Part shown: positions 35,775 through 48,847 of the stretch, in pieces
Layout of the letters: each line of letters begins with the position of its first letter
How positions within the stretch are numbered: position 1 is the stretch's first letter
Source: Cetorhinus maximus
Taxonomy: Eukaryota
Assembly (NCBI RefSeq): GCF_964194155.1
Contig: NC_135901.1
Span: 11,408,001-11,472,000, forward strand
Length of the DNA stretch: 64,000 bases
Direction: 5' to 3'
Position numbers and translations under genes: made by a program
The notes under the pieces: generated by a model
What the model was told of the DNA's origin: nothing
Database searches by the model: none
The model's input: only the letters and a program-made list of their open reading frames with translations

Positions 35775-38130
35775 CTCTCCCTCTCCCCGTCTCCTCCATC
35801 CTCACCTCCAACAAGTGTGAGGAGCTCATGGAGCTTCTTTGTCACTAAGATTGAGACAATCCGATCAGTTGCCTCTGCTGCATCCCTCCCTTCCACTAGC
35901 CCACCGGGCCAAACCATCTCCAAAGTTCCCCCTTGTCTCAGCCCTGAACTCACATCTTTCTCCAGTTTCTCTCCTATCTCCCGTCATGCCCTGTCAGAGT
36001 CCCTCAATCCTATTCCCACTAAACTGCTGACCATCTAACTTTCCCATGTTAGCTGATATTGCTCATGGTTCTCTCTCTCTTCTGGTTTTGCCCTTCTCAC
36101 CTTTAAATAAACCAATCTTACCCTTCCTGAAAAAAAAACCCTTGACACCACGGTTTTGGCAAATTACCACCCCATCTCCAACCCTCCTTTCCTCTCCAAA
36201 GTCCTTGAACTTGGTGTCACCCAAGGATCTATCCTTGGCCTCTCCTATTTCTCATCCACATGCTGCCATTAGGTGACATCATCCAAAAGCAACATATTAG
36301 TTTTCACATGTACACTGACTACTCCCAGCTCTACCTCACCACCATCCCTCTCCATTCCTCCACTGTTACTAACTTATCAAACTTCTTATCCGACATCCAG
36401 TACTGGATGAGCAGAAATTTCCTCCAATTAAAAATTGGAAAGACCAAAGCCATTGTCTTCAATCACGACTACAAATTCTGTTCCCTAACTACCGAGTCTA
36501 TCCCTCTCCCTGGGAACTGTCTGAGGTTGAACCACACTGTTCATAATCTTGGTGTCAGATCTGACCCCAAGATGAGCTTCTAATCACATATCCACACCAT
36601 CACTATACCAGATATTTCAATCTCCATAACGTCGCCTGTCTCCATTCCACCCCAGCTCATCTGCTGCTGAAACCCTCATCCACGCCCGTATTACCTTTAG
36701 ACTTGACAATTCCAATACATTCCTGACCAGCCTCTCACATTCACCCCACCCCACATGTGGAAATGTGAGATCACCTTAAACTCTGCTGCCCGTGTGCTTT
36801 CTCACACCAAGTTCCATTCAACCATCACCCCTGAGCTCGCTGACCTATGTCGGCTCCAGGTCAAGTAATGCCTGAATTTGAAAATTCAGCTCCTTGTTTT
36901 CGAATTCCTCCATGGCCTCATCTCTCCCTATCTCTCTAACCTGTAGTTTCACAACCTTCTGAAATATCTGTGCTTCTCATTCTGGTCTCTTTAGCATCCC
37001 TGATTTTAATTACTCCACCATTGGTGGCAGGGCTGAGGCATGAAACTCTGAAATTCCCTCCCTAAACTCTCCATCTCTCTCCTGATTAAAAATCTTGTTA
37101 AAATCTGCCTCTCCAGTCAAGGTTTTTTCTATTTACCCTAATATCACTGTCAGGAAGATATAATAATGTCCAAAATGTTATTGGAATTTATTGTAAAATA
37201 GAGTCCGTGTCTGTGTGTGAGAGAGACTTATATGAATTAGAGGTGGCAGCTAGTCTGGGTGCTTTGATGTAAGAGAAGTTAGGTTTGAAATGTGAATTAG
37301 GTAAACATGGGGAAGTTTTAGAATGTGAAGTGTAAAGGGGGAAATTTGCATTTTTAAATAAATCAGACTAGATTGCTTTCAAAGGAGGAGAGAAATGTGT
37401 CACCTAGCCAGGTGAAGTTAAGGAACAGTGTGTTTATTTTTCCCAAAGATTACTGGTAAAACTTTATGCTATGAGAGACTTTTATTATCAGAAAAATAAA
37501 GTGCAAAGACATAGTGAAACAATGGGAATTTGCATTCAAAGGGGAAAATATGTACAAAGGAGCGAAGGCTGTGTCTAAGGGTAGACATTTTTAAGATCTA
37601 ACAAGGGTGAAACGCCTTCAGCCTGTATGTACCAAACTGCTGCCTCTAGGGACTGAAGTTAAGATAACTCACTTTGAATTCAACTGTTCAGGGTATTGTT
37701 TGCTTTGCCTGAGCCTTTTAAAACCTGTGTGTCTTACTGTTGCCTTATGGAGGTGTAACTGGGAGTTAAATTAATTAGGGGGTTTAGAAGTTATTATAGT
37801 GATAATTTGTAGACATATGTGTGTGCTTAAAAATCATTTTTCTTGTTAATAAATGTTTAATTTAGTTTTATAAAAACCTCTTAAGACTCGGTGGTCCTGT
37901 TATTACTGAATTCAAAGCCTGCATCTCGAAACATACAAATTGTAAATTAGTTGTGACAGTTGTTTCAAGTTTCCCTCTGGGATTTGAACAGCTCAGCATT
38001 TACCACATGCTATGTCATAACATCACTCTATGTGACTCAGTGTCCAATTTTTACTTTATGAAACTCCTCTGAAGTGCCTTGGGACGTTTTATTATAATAA
38101 TCCTGTTATATAACTACAAGTTATTACTGT
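35775..38130 (+). mobile_element. L2 LINE 3' portion (split by solo LTR)
   Basis: MLPLGDII..FHMYTDYSQLYL..WMSRNFLQLKIGKTK (L2 RT); tail resumes after 38026. Confidence 0.85.
37148..38022 (+). mobile_element. Solo LTR
   Basis: TG..CA ends, 875 bp, exact 4-bp TSD tcac (37144-37147, 38023-38026), AATAAA ~37848. Confidence 0.85.
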
Positions 38131-38334
38131 TTCATAACAGCCAGTTTGTACACAGCAAGGTTCCACAAACAGCAATCAGAAGAGTGACCGATTAATCCAG
38201 TTTTTTTTGGTGGTGTTAGTTAAAACACGAATGTTGGTCCCACTGCACCAGGAGAACTCCCCTGTGGACAGGATGTGGAGGATAAAGATCTTGTGTTCAT
38301 TTCAAATCTTTCACACCCTCAGAACATCCCAAAG

Positions 38335-39300
38335 TGACTCACAGTCAATGATACATTTTGGAAGGAAGAATGAGAGGCAGTATAAACTAAATGGTACAAT
38401 TTTAAACAGAGTGCAGGAACGGAGTGACCTGGGAGTGTATGGACACAAATCTTTGAAGGTAACAGGAAAAGTTGATCAAATTGTTTAAGAAAAGCTAATG
38501 GGGGCCCTCCATGTATTAATGGAGACATGAAGTACAAAAGCAAGGAAGTCACACTGAAACTTTATAAATCACTTTTTAATCCTCAGCTCAAATATTGTGT
38601 TCAGTTCTGAGCACCACACTTCAGGAAATATGTCAAGGCCTTGGACAGAGTACATGGAAAATTGACCAAAATAGTATCAGGGATGAGGGGTTTCCGTTAT
38701 GTGGAGAGACTGGAGAAGCTGGGATTGTTCTCTTTAGAGCAGAGAAGATTAAGGAGTGATTTAACAGAGGTGTGGACATTTTTGAGGAGTTTTTATCTAC
38801 ATAGAGAGAAATTGTTTCCATTGATAGGATGGTTGGTAACCACAGAAAACAGATTTAAAATAATTGGCAAAAAATCCAGGGTGAAGATGAGGAGAGATTA
38901 TTTTACTCAGTGAGTTCTGATGATTTGGAACACATTAATATAAAAGCAAAATACTGTGGGTGCTGGAAATCTGAAACAAAAACAAAAATTGCTGGAAAAA
39001 CTGATGAAGATTCATACAGACTCAAAACGCTAACTCTGTCTTTCTCTCCACAGATGCTCTCAGACCTGCTGAGTTTTTCCAGCAATTTTTGTTTTTGATC
39101 TGGAACATATTGTCTGAATGACTGGTGGAAGCAGATCCAATAGTAACTTTCAAAAGTGATTTGGATTTTTACTTCATAAGGAAAGATTTTCAAGGCTTGG
39201 AAGAAAGATCAGGAGAGTGGGACAGAATGGCAACATTTTCAGAGAGACAGTACAGACACAATGGGCTGAATGGCCACCTTCTGAGCTCTATGGTTCAATC
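38335..39300 (+). mobile_element. CR1 3' fragment with nested mini-PLE (38937-39095)
   Basis: ERLEKLGLFSLEQRRLR; insert flanked by tgat(t/c)tggaaca(c/t)att at 38921-38936 and 39096-39111. Confidence 0.8.
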
Positions 39301-39459
39301 GTATGGTATTTATTATGAATCATTATCCTGTTATAGAATCATAGGATCTCATCAGAGTACAGCACAGAAGCTCATTGAATCTGCACTGGCTCTTTCAAAG
39401 AGTGATCCAGTTTATCCCACTACCCCCCCCCACCTCCCCCCAATCTTTCCCCACATCAC

Positions 39460-39725
39460 TGAAGGAGGTTTCAGCCGAACATCTGGCCTGTTAAGACACA
39501 AGCACGGTCAACTAGGGAGAAACTGTGTTAATGTGGGGACAGTGGGAAGGGATTCAATTTGAGTTGGAAAGTCATCAGGGCATGCACACCAGGGAGAGGT
39601 CGTTCACCTGCTCCATGTGTGGGAAGGGATTCACTCGGTCATCCAGCCTCCAAACACATCAATGAGTTCGTACTGGAGGGAGAGAGGGTTTAAATGCTTA
39701 GGACTGTAACAAGTGCTTTCAAAGC
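39460..39725 (+). pseudogene. ZNF remnant (~3 degenerate fingers)
   Basis: ttcacctgctccatgtgtgggaagggattcactcggtcatcc with stops and indels. Confidence 0.75.
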
Positions 39726-40024
39726 CAGTTCCCATTTTATAGTCCCAGTGAAAGTCAGGGCTTCCCAAACTGAAGGTCGTGACCCCAGTGGGGTGTGAGA
39801 CAAGATTTTGGGCTCGCTAGCTCCGAGGCAGCAATGGCTGCCGTGGAGCTCCAACTGTTTCCTGACAGCTGTGAGGCCCCTTTAAATCCTCACGGTTTTT
39901 TTGTTGGTGGGCGTGGCCTAATGGCCTCCTCTCTCAGGCGCAATTGCTGCTGCAAATAAAATTTGTGGAAAAGGTTGTGCACATTGTACAGGTGTTCGTT
40001 TTTTCTGGAAAGCCGACTTCTTCA

Positions 40025-41445
40025 ATAACAGGGATCATAATGTATTAATAATCAGGATAATAGTATATTAATAATCAGGATTGTAATGCATTAATGTTCA
40101 GGATCATATTGCATCAATAACCAGGACACTGTTACAATAATGATCAGAATCCTATTGCATTAATAATAAGGATCCTATTACATCAATGTTCAGGTTCCTA
40201 TTACATTAATGATCAGAGTCCAATTACTTTAAGATTCAGGATCCCAACTCATTAATAATCAAGATATTATTACATTAATAGTCTGGTGCCGATTGCATCA
40301 ACAATCAGGATCTTATTGTATAAATAATCAGCGTCCTATTACATTAATCACAGTCTAATTACATTAATAATCAGGATCAAATTACATAATTCCAGTTGTA
40401 TTAATGTGACAGATAAAGTTCAATGCAAAGAAATGTGAGGTGATTGGTTTTGGCAGGAAAGATATGGAGAGGCAGTATAAAATAAAGGGAGAGCCTCTAA
40501 CAGTGGTGCAGGACAGAGGGACCTCACTGTATATGTACATAGGTCATTGAAGATGGCAGGGCATGTTGAGAGAGCAGTTAATAAAGCATATAGTATATTA
40601 GGCTTTATTAATAGAGGCATTGAGTACAAGAGTAAAGAGGTCATGTTGAACTTGTCTAAGACACTAGTTAGGCCTCATCTGGCGGACTACGTCCAGTTCT
40701 GGGCACCATACTTAAGGAGGGATAGGAAGGCATTGGAGAGAGCACAGAGGAGATTCACAAGAGTGATTCCTGGGATGAAGAACTGTAGCTGTGAGGATAG
40801 AGTGGAGAGATTGGGACTGTTTTCCTTGGAGAAAAGAAGGCTGAGAGGAGACTTGATAGAGGTATTCAAGATCCTGAGGGGTATGGACAGGATAAATAAT
40901 GAAACTGTTCCCACTCAGGAGAACATCAAGAACTAGAGGGCACAGATTCAAAATAATTGGCAAGAGATGATATGAGGAAATTATTTTTCACCCAGAAGGT
41001 GGTTGGAGTGTGGAACAAACTTCCTGAAAGGGTGGAGGATGCAGGTTTGATCGAGGTATTCAAAAGGAAATTGGATTGCTGCCTGAAAAGAGAGAATGTG
41101 CAAGGTTAGGGGGATGAGTGCGACTGTGTGGAATGCTGTTTCAGAGAGCCAGTGCACACTCAATGGGCCGAATAGCCTCCTTCTGCACTGTAAAGATACT
41201 GTGAAACCGTGTTTAATCATCAGCTGCCTATTGCTTCAATAATCAGGAAATTATTGCAATTATCAGGATACTAATACATTAATAATCAGAGTTATTTCAA
41301 TTCATAATCAGAGTCCAATGGCATCAACTATCAGAATCCTGTCACATTTAAGTTATTTGCCATTGTGTCAATAATCAGCATCCTATAAATAAATGAATAA
41401 TCAGGACGCTATTACATTAATAATGAGTTCAAATACATTAATAAT
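40025..41445. repeat. Degenerate 23-bp tandem array, split by CR1
   Basis: Consensus ~cattaataatcaggatcctatta at 40025-40400 and 41215-41445. Confidence 0.85.
40405..41195 (+). mobile_element. CR1 3' fragment
   Basis: KAYSILGFINRGIEYKSKEVML..LERAQRRFTR..LFSLEKRRLRGDLIEVFK. Confidence 0.88.
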
Positions 41446-41759
41446 CCCCCCCAAACCCGCTCAACAGCTGAAGCACCCCCACCCCCCACCCCCTCCCCTG
41501 TCACAATTCTCATCCCTTCAAATTTTCACTCTGGGGTCACACGAAGTCTGAGGCATTAAACTGTGGTCACACTGGGAAAAAGTTTGGGATGCACTGATTT
41601 AAACAACACCTTTCTGGACTTTAAATGTACTTATCTCATGACTCATTTCACCATTCAACGTCACATCTCCCTGTTCTATCTCCCTGATAGAAGTTATTAT
41701 TAGTCATGGTGATCAGCTGTCATTGTGGGTTGTTGTTTTCAGTGTAGGCGTCTGTTTCA

Positions 41760-42170
41760 TTCCATTCTTCACCCTGAAACTGTCGGAAGTGGTGCCGTCA
41801 AACTGTACAGTCACTGCACGTTGTCATGAAAGGAGCAGATCAGACTGAGCAGCTTTGGGGGACAGTCAATTTTCTCCAAAATCTTGGAGAGTCCTGCCCT
41901 GCTGATGGTGTTGAATGCTTTACTGAGATCTATAATAGTCAGGTAAAGAGGTATATCCTGTTCACTACACTTCTCTTATAGCAGGTGTATGGAGAAGATC
42001 ATGTTCACTGTAGATCTGCCAGCACAGGAACCGCACTGTGCTTCTGGATACACTCAGTCTGCAAGCAGATGGAGTCTTTAAGCATGACTCCAGCGAAGGC
42101 CTTCCCAGTGACTCTAAGGAATGAGATGTCCCTGTAGTTGTTGCAATCTCCTCTGTCACCTTTGTTTTTC
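41760..42170 (-). mobile_element. RTE (BovB-like) LINE RT fragment
   Basis: Minus strand reads EKCSEQDIPLYLTIIDLSKAFNTISRAGLSKILEKIDCPPKLLSLICSFHD. Confidence 0.75.
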
Positions 42171-42562
42171 TATAATGTGATGATTTTTATATCACACGTA
42201 TCCTGTGGATCCTGATTAATCCTTGCCAACAATCAGCACTTTCTAATTGGAGATGTTAATCAGTGGACCCTTTCAGACACTGAATTTTAGATTTTGCAAA
42301 GGCCGATTTAGGATTGAAGTAAAAGTTCATAATTTTATTGTAAATGAGTTCTTGTTGAGAATTCTTGAATTAAGGGGAAAGATCAGAGATGGTGTTATTA
42401 AAAAAGGATACTGCAGTCCCAAAAATCAGTACCATCTCCAGAATATTAAACTCCAGCTAGTTATAGGGCTGTTAAATCAGCGGAAACAAACCTAATATTG
42501 TCAGACTATCAGTCCTGGATGTGATTAACAGCAGCAAAAACAGGAGAATCCAACTTCTGGAA

Positions 42563-43456
42563 TCACTTATGAACTCACTGGTGTGGCAGCAGATACCATG
42601 ACTGAATGAATCCCTTCCCAAATACAGAGCAGGTGAATGGCTTCTCCCCAGTGTCAGTGCGTTCATGTGAATGCAGGCTGCCAGACTGAGCGAATCCCTT
42701 CCTACACACGGAGCAGGTGAATGGCTTCTTCCCAGTGTGCGTGCGTTGCTGAGCAGTGAGGGTGGATGATTGCCTGAAACCCTTTCCACATGAAGTGCAG
42801 CTGAATAGCTTCTTCTCAGTATGAGTCTGATGGTGTGTCAGCAGGGTGGATGACTGAGTGAATCCCTTCCCACACTCAGAGCAGGTTAACGGCCTCTCCC
42901 CAGTGTTAATTCACTGGTGTGCCTTGAGGTCAGGTGACTGGCTGAACCTTTTTCTACAGGAAATACAGCTGAAAGGCTTCTCCGCAGTGTGAATTCACTG
43001 GTGTGACCACAGAATGGATGAATGAGTGAATTCTTTTTCACATGCAGAGGTGATCGGCCTCTCCCCATTGTGAACTCGCTGGTGTGAGGTGAGGGTGGAT
43101 GACTGCCTGTGTCTCTCCAGGTTGGATAATCTGTTGAAGCCTCGTCCACACAGGGAACACGTGTATGTTTTCTCCCTATTGTGAACAATGCAATGTATTT
43201 TCAGGCTGTGTAACCGGTTAAAGCTCTTTCCGCAGTCAGTTCACTGGAACACTCTCACTCAGGTGTGTGTGTCTTGGTGCTTTTCCAGTCACCCTGATGC
43301 TTGAAATCTTTTCCCACAGACAGAACAGACAAACATTTCTCTTTCCACATTCAAAGTCCAATGGTATTCAGGTCCTGATGCATCAAGTGAGTCAACCAGA
43401 AAGTGATGTGACATTTGGCTTGAGTTTCACATCTGCAAATCCTTCCTTTTAATATT
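42563..43456 (-). pseudogene. ZNF pseudogene exon (ZNF-E)
   Basis: Acceptor ttttgcag at 43457; fragmented fingers with deletions and frameshifts; ends cataagtga with the family 3'UTR. Confidence 0.8.
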
Positions 43457-43590
43457 CTGCAAAAGGAGTTTACAAAATTCATCACTGTCAGTCCAGGATA
43501 GAAATTCAGAACAGATTATTCTAGTTTCTATGGAACCTTTTTTCCTCTCTTTTCCACTCCCAAAGCTGTAAATCCCCGTAAATCCAGAAT

Positions 43591-44460
43591 TCACTTGTGA
43601 ACTTGTTGGTGTGTCAGCAGGTGGGATGTACGAGTGAATTTCTTCCCACACTCAGTGCAGGTGAACGGCCTCTCCCTGGTGTGAATTCGCTGGTGTTTCA
43701 TGAGGTGAGATGTCTGAGTGAATCCCTTACCACACACAGTGCAGGTGAACGGCCTCTCCCCAGTGTGAATTCGCTGGTGTACAATGAGTTGAGACGATTG
43801 CCTGAACCCAGTCCCACAGTGAGAGCACCTGAACGGTCTCTCCTGAGTGTGAACACGTTGATGTCGCATCAATTCCCCAGAGCTTTTATAGCACTTCCTG
43901 CAGTCTGGGCATTTAAAAGGTCTCTCCTTCGTGTGAACACGTTGATGGGACATCAGTTCCCTGGAACTTTTAAAGCACTTTCCACAGTCTGGACATTTAA
44001 AAGGTCTCTCCTCAGTGTGAACACTTTGATGGGAAATCAGTTCCCAGGAACTTTTAAAGCACTTCCCGCAGTCTGGGCATTTAAAAGGTCTTTCCTCACT
44101 GTGAACCCTCTGGTGTGTTACCAGGATGGATAACTGAGTGAATCCCTTTCCACATTCAGAGCAGGCGAATGGCCTCTCCCCAGTGTGAGCTCGATGGTGT
44201 CTCAGCAGAATTGATGACTGAGTGAATCCCTTCCCACACACCAAGCAGGTGAACGGACTCTCCCCAGTGTGACTGTGTTGATGAGTTTTCAGCTTTGACA
44301 GGTTATAGAATTCCTTCCCACAGTCCCCACATTTCCAAGGTGTCTGTCCAGTGTGACTGCATTTATGGTTTGTGAGCCCAGATGATCTGCTGAAGCCTCG
44401 TCCACACACAGAGCACGTGTACGGTTTGTCCCCACTGTGAACGGTGCTTTTTCTTTCCAT
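43591..44460 (-). CDS. C2H2 zinc-finger protein (ZNF-F), 10 fingers, 289 aa
   Basis: Open [19 protein letters not shown]...HQQVHK; acceptor at ~44570. Confidence 0.92.
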   Translation of the reverse strand: MERKSTVHSGDKPYTCSVCGRGFSRSSGLTNHKCSHTGQTPWKCGDCGKEFYNLSKLKTHQHSHTGESPFTCLVCGKGFTQSSILLRHHRAHTGERPFACSECGKGFTQLSILVTHQRVHSEERPFKCPDCGKCFKSSWELISHQSVHTEERPFKCPDCGKCFKSSRELMSHQRVHTKERPFKCPDCRKCYKSSGELMRHQRVHTQERPFRCSHCGTGFRQSSQLIVHQRIHTGERPFTCTVCGKGFTQTSHLMKHQRIHTRERPFTCTECGKKFTRTSHLLTHQQVHK

Positions 44461-44944
44461 GTTCAGAATCTGATGATATTCAGGTTACAATAAATTGGGC
44501 GACTCTGTCAGATCCTGATGTGATGTTTGGGCTGAGTTTCCCAAATTCAGATCCTCCACTTCTAATACCCTGTGAAATTGATTTCAAACAGAAAAAAAGG
44601 ATTCTGAAAGTAAGGCAGGATGTGAAACTGAACTGAATGAATCGGATAATTCGTGGGTCCTGAGACTAGGAAAAAGTGAAAGCTGCCAGATGGTCACTAA
44701 TGTGCTTCATTGAAGGGACCCTGCTACCCAGCCTGGACCTACACAAGACATTGCCTCTATGGGATGATAGAAATACATGGAAGAGGCAGGAGCGAAGGAG
44801 AGGGATGTTATACATCTACAACTCGGCCAAAACTTTGACAGAATTTCCCAAACCCTGTACCTCCATCAGCTAAAGGACCAGGGTAGCAGGTGTAAGCGAA
44901 CACCATTGCCTCCAAGTTCCTCTCCAAGTCTCACACCATCCTGA

Positions 44945-45450
44945 CTTGTTTGACATCTAGTTCTGGGTGAACAGAAATTTCCTCCAATTAAATGTTGGGA
45001 AGATGAAAACCATTGTCTTCAGTCCCCGCTACGAACTCCACTCTCTGACCACTGACTCCATCCCTCTCCTCGGCAACTATCTGAGGCTGAACCACACTGT
45101 TCACAATCTCAGATTCACTCCAAACAGAGCTTCTGACCACATACCTGCATAAACACCAAGACCACTTTCATCTCAGTAACATCACCTGACTCTGTCCTTG
45201 TCTCTGCTCATCTGCTTCTGAAACACTCATCCATTCCTTTATTGCTTCTGGGCTTAACTATTCTAAGGCACTCTTAGCCAGCCTCCCACATTTCGCTTCC
45301 TTGTAACTTTGAGGTCATGTAAATCAATGCTGCCTGTATCCTTACTCGCACCAAATATTGTTCACCCATCATGCCTGGGCTCACTGACCTACAAAGGTTC
45401 CTGTTTAAGCACAAAAATTTGAAAATTCACATCCTTGTTTTCAAATCCCT
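44945..45450 (+). mobile_element. L2 fragment
   Basis: NRNFLQLNVGKMKTIVF; homologous to 36390-36910. Confidence 0.75.
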
Positions 45451-46119
45451 ACACCAGAAGGACTGTAGTGGTTCAAGAAGGTAGCTCGCCCCCACCTTCT
45501 AAGGGCAATTAGGGATGGGAAATAAATGCTGGCCTAGCCAGCGATGCCCACATCCCGTGAATGAATAAAAAAAACCTGGGGGGTGGTGGGCAACACTGGG
45601 AACCTGATTTGGCAGAAATAACAGTAAATTACCAAACATGGTTAAAATAAACCCACTATTTGAGACAGAGGAAGTTAGACAATGACAGAGAGGTGATCAG
45701 GGAAGGCAGAGGTGAAGCAGAGCAATAGATAGACATGGATTCAGATCCACAGTAAAGGACCCACACCAGTCCGAGAGTCTTGGAACCACAGCACAGCACT
45801 AAAAGCTCTAAAGTGTACATGAATGTTCAATAATACTCACTTCTGAACCTGTTGAAGCCTGAAGCTGAAAAGATATCAGAAGCACTGGAGTAAGAGAAAA
45901 ATCTCACAATCTTCATATCTTCTAACTCCTCATAAAAGGAGATTACAAAAGTCATAAGTGTCAGTTGAGATTACAAATTCAGAAAGACAAACATTTCACT
46001 TGGTTTGAGTTTGCTGTGTGTAAACTCTCCCCTTTTAACCCCCTGTAAAAGGAGTTTCCAAAATCCATCCCTCTCAGTCCAGGATAAAAATTCACAATGT
46101 CTCTCCTTCTGCTCTTGGC

Positions 46120-46690
46120 CCAGGATTACTTAAGCAGGGACATATTTGCAATGAAAGCAGTTCAGAGAAGGTTCACTTGGCTGATTCCTGGGGAAAGGTT
46201 GAACAGGTTGGGTCTATACTTATAAGAGTTTAAAAGAATGAGAGGTGATCTCATTGAAACATGTAAGATTCTGAGGGTGCTTGTCATGGTAGAGGCTGAG
46301 AGGATGTTTCCCCTCATGGAGGAATCTAGAACTAGGGAACACAGTTTAAAAACAAGGCATCTCCCATGTAAAACTGAGATGAAGAGAAATTTATTCTCTT
46401 CACAAGGATGTGAATTTTCAAATTTTGGTGCTTAAACAGTAATCTTAAGAATTTTATGTCTTTGGAATTCTCTTCCCCAGTGAGCAGTGCAGACTGGGTC
46501 ATTGGATATATTCAAGGCTGTGTCAAAGAGAGTTTTGAGCTACAAGGAAATCAAGTGTTATGGAGGTAGGGGGACGGCGGCAGGAATGTGGAGTTAAGGC
46601 CACAATCAGATCAGCCATGATCTTATTGAATGGAGAAGGCTTGATGGGCCAAATGCTTACTGCTTATTCTGCTGCTTTTGTTCTCATGTT
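46120..46690 (+). mobile_element. CR1 3' fragment
   Basis: MRGDLIETCKILR..ESRTREHSLK plus 3'UTR tcagatcagccatgatc. Confidence 0.8.
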
Positions 46691-46849
46691 CTTCAGACGA
46701 CCGTGCAGGCTCCCTGCAACACCTTGCCGCTCTAAAGTTGACTGCCATTAACCCAAGCCTGTCACCAGCTCCTGTGTGCAGAATGAGAATGAAATCAATG
46801 AGTGAATGTTTTCTCTCCTGGTCACCGGGACCCTGAAGACGGCTCTGTT

Positions 46850-47240
46850 GCGTCACTAAGTTATTCGCGCATGCGCAATCCTACCCGCAGAACCAAGATG
46901 TCGACGGTTAACCTGGGCCTGTTCCCGGTAATAAGCCCCGGTGCTGCATACACGAGACTTGCAGCGTCTTTTTCGGGATTTGGAGCCGACATCAGCTATT
47001 TATGAAGCCTCCTCTCCCTCCCCATTGCCCCATCCAATTCCCGGCTCCCTTTGTCCCTCCGTCCCGCTGACTTTCACCCGTTGCAAGAAGCGTCTCCAGC
47101 ACTCGCAGGGTTCTTATCAAACTGACACTGCGCATGCTTTAGATACTGTCCAGTGCTGCGGCTGCGCAATGGACTCCTATAGAGGGAATAGGGCACGTTC
47201 GCTTCCGCAGGGAATGTTGGGTAAGAGAAGCGCCATTGCT
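46850..47240 (-). promoter_or_regulatory. CpG-rich promoter/first exon of ZNF-F
   Basis: ZNF143-type site 47206-47224 (minus ttacccaacattccctgcg); NRF1 gcgcatgcgc ~46867 and tgcgcatgc ~47129. Confidence 0.65.
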
Positions 47241-47534
47241 GCTCCAAATAGGAACTGGAAAAAAATGCGACCAAATTGAGATAGATTAAAAGAAAGCACA
47301 CCCACAAATCTTAGTGAATTGATGCTCTGCCATGCTCAATTTTTCGAATTGATTTAAGCTGCTGCTCTCCCCTGGAAATACACAGAAATTTTAAGGATTT
47401 TCCCACTGTTTTCTCTCTCCCCTTTCCTGAAGGTGCTGCTGATTCTGCTGAGTTCAATCCCACAGTCACTGGTTCCCCCCTCTCTCTATCCCCGATGCTG
47501 AAAATTCACAATCATTGGCACCGGTACGACAAAC

Positions 47535-47900
47535 TCCAGTTAAAACTGATTTTAAAAATTGTCAGGACCCTAACCCTGATGTGACTAAGGCCAAAGAGGC
47601 CGTACACTACAGGGAAGAATTCCCCTCATCCCTCACAGCAAATAAGGACTCACTCGTCCTACATGATGAGATTTTTTATCACAAGGATAGCTTTAATTTG
47701 ACTTGGGTGACACCTTGATGCCTGCAAAAAGAATTATTTTTGTTTCGGGATCCAATTGGGGAGTGTTTCTCGTTCGAGCCCTCCATCTGTTCATAATTGC
47801 TATTGATGGCTGAGAATGCACCAGGATGTTCGTCACTAGCCTTTTGAAATGAAAGATCCCAATGTACATGTCCCATCTGAATGATGCCCCTGTGAAATAT
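47535..47900 (+). mobile_element. Second copy of ERV-like pol fragment
   Basis: Aligns with 50420-50830 (cagttaaa.ctgattt..aaa.ttgtcaggaccct.accctgatgtgact). Confidence 0.7.
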
Positions 47901-47951
47901 TGAAGATTGATTCTGTACTTTCCTGACTTTCACCAGAGTGGACATGGACAC

Positions 47952-48847
47952 TGTAAGGAACATAGCTTTTTATTTTCTGTTGGACTGTTGTAAATAACAT
48001 ATCATTTATTTTCTTGGATTGTGGCTTTAAAACTACCGGTGCTGCAGGATGTAAAATATACAATGTTGCGATTCCCAGGAACAGAGTGCCAGATTGGACA
48101 GAATGTAGCTGGAAAGGGGAACTGCCTGGCAACAATGTTTTAATTGGCTCCTGATCAGGTGATCAAGGTTTTGTATGAAAGCACAGTGAGCAGAGAGAAC
48201 AGCTCCTAGCCTGCTAAGAGGAGACGCCTGAAACCTCTCTCCTGTATTTGAAAGATTTCAGTAATTCTGCCATAACAGATAGCTGGCTTTTCTTAATATC
48301 CCTGTGACCTGATTGCTTTGAAAACCCCAAGCCAGATGGAAAGGAGGAAAATCACCAGTAGAGACATTGAAAAGCAAGTTTTCAACCAGTGAACGACAGT
48401 CAGAAAGTGATGGAAGATCATCTCGTGTCATTAACAATGAGCTGCAAGGAATTTCGGAAGACATCAATCAAAATCAACCCATCTAATCCCATAGTCTGGA
48501 TTGGTGCCATTGAACTGTTTTTACCTCAACCTTAAAACCCATGTTTTGTATGCGTGCATGTGTGTGTGTGTATAAGGGTTAAGAAGGGGTCGAGTTTAAG
48601 TTATAGAGTTAAAAGTTAGCAGTTCATTTTTCTTCCGATTGCCACTGGTCACAGATAATTTGTTTAATAAACAGTTATTTACTTGTTAACTTTACAAACT
48701 TGGTGCTCGTATTGTTAGTCTAATTTAAATTACAGTTAGGTAAAATTTGGGCAATTTGGTGGTCTAATCAAACTTCTCACATTTGTCTCAGCTCAGGGAC
48801 CAGTGGGGCTTGCTATTACAGTGCACTATCCCCAGTGAGTCGTGACA
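47952..48847 (+). mobile_element. Solo LTR (second family)
   Basis: tgtaagg...cgtgaca, 896 bp, AATAAA ~48666, near-TSD acac/atac. Confidence 0.6.

Larger units (their letters stand above)
39756..41596. mobile_element. Non-autonomous hAT (Charlie-like) element
   Basis: 16-bp imperfect TIRs cagggcttcccaaact / agtttgggatgcactg with subterminal ggggtc/gacccc motifs; right flank atttaaac fits NTYTARAN; TSD not conserved on the left. Confidence 0.6.

Noticed and set aside
40025-41445. 23-bp (and 27-bp, 66-bp) periodic repeats as CRISPR arrays
   Set aside because: Head-to-tail units with no unique spacers, no cas genes, vertebrate context.
43597-44133. Antisense/shifted ORFs over ZNF exons (also 35032-35346, 34415-34787)
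   Set aside because: By-products of 84-bp finger periodicity.
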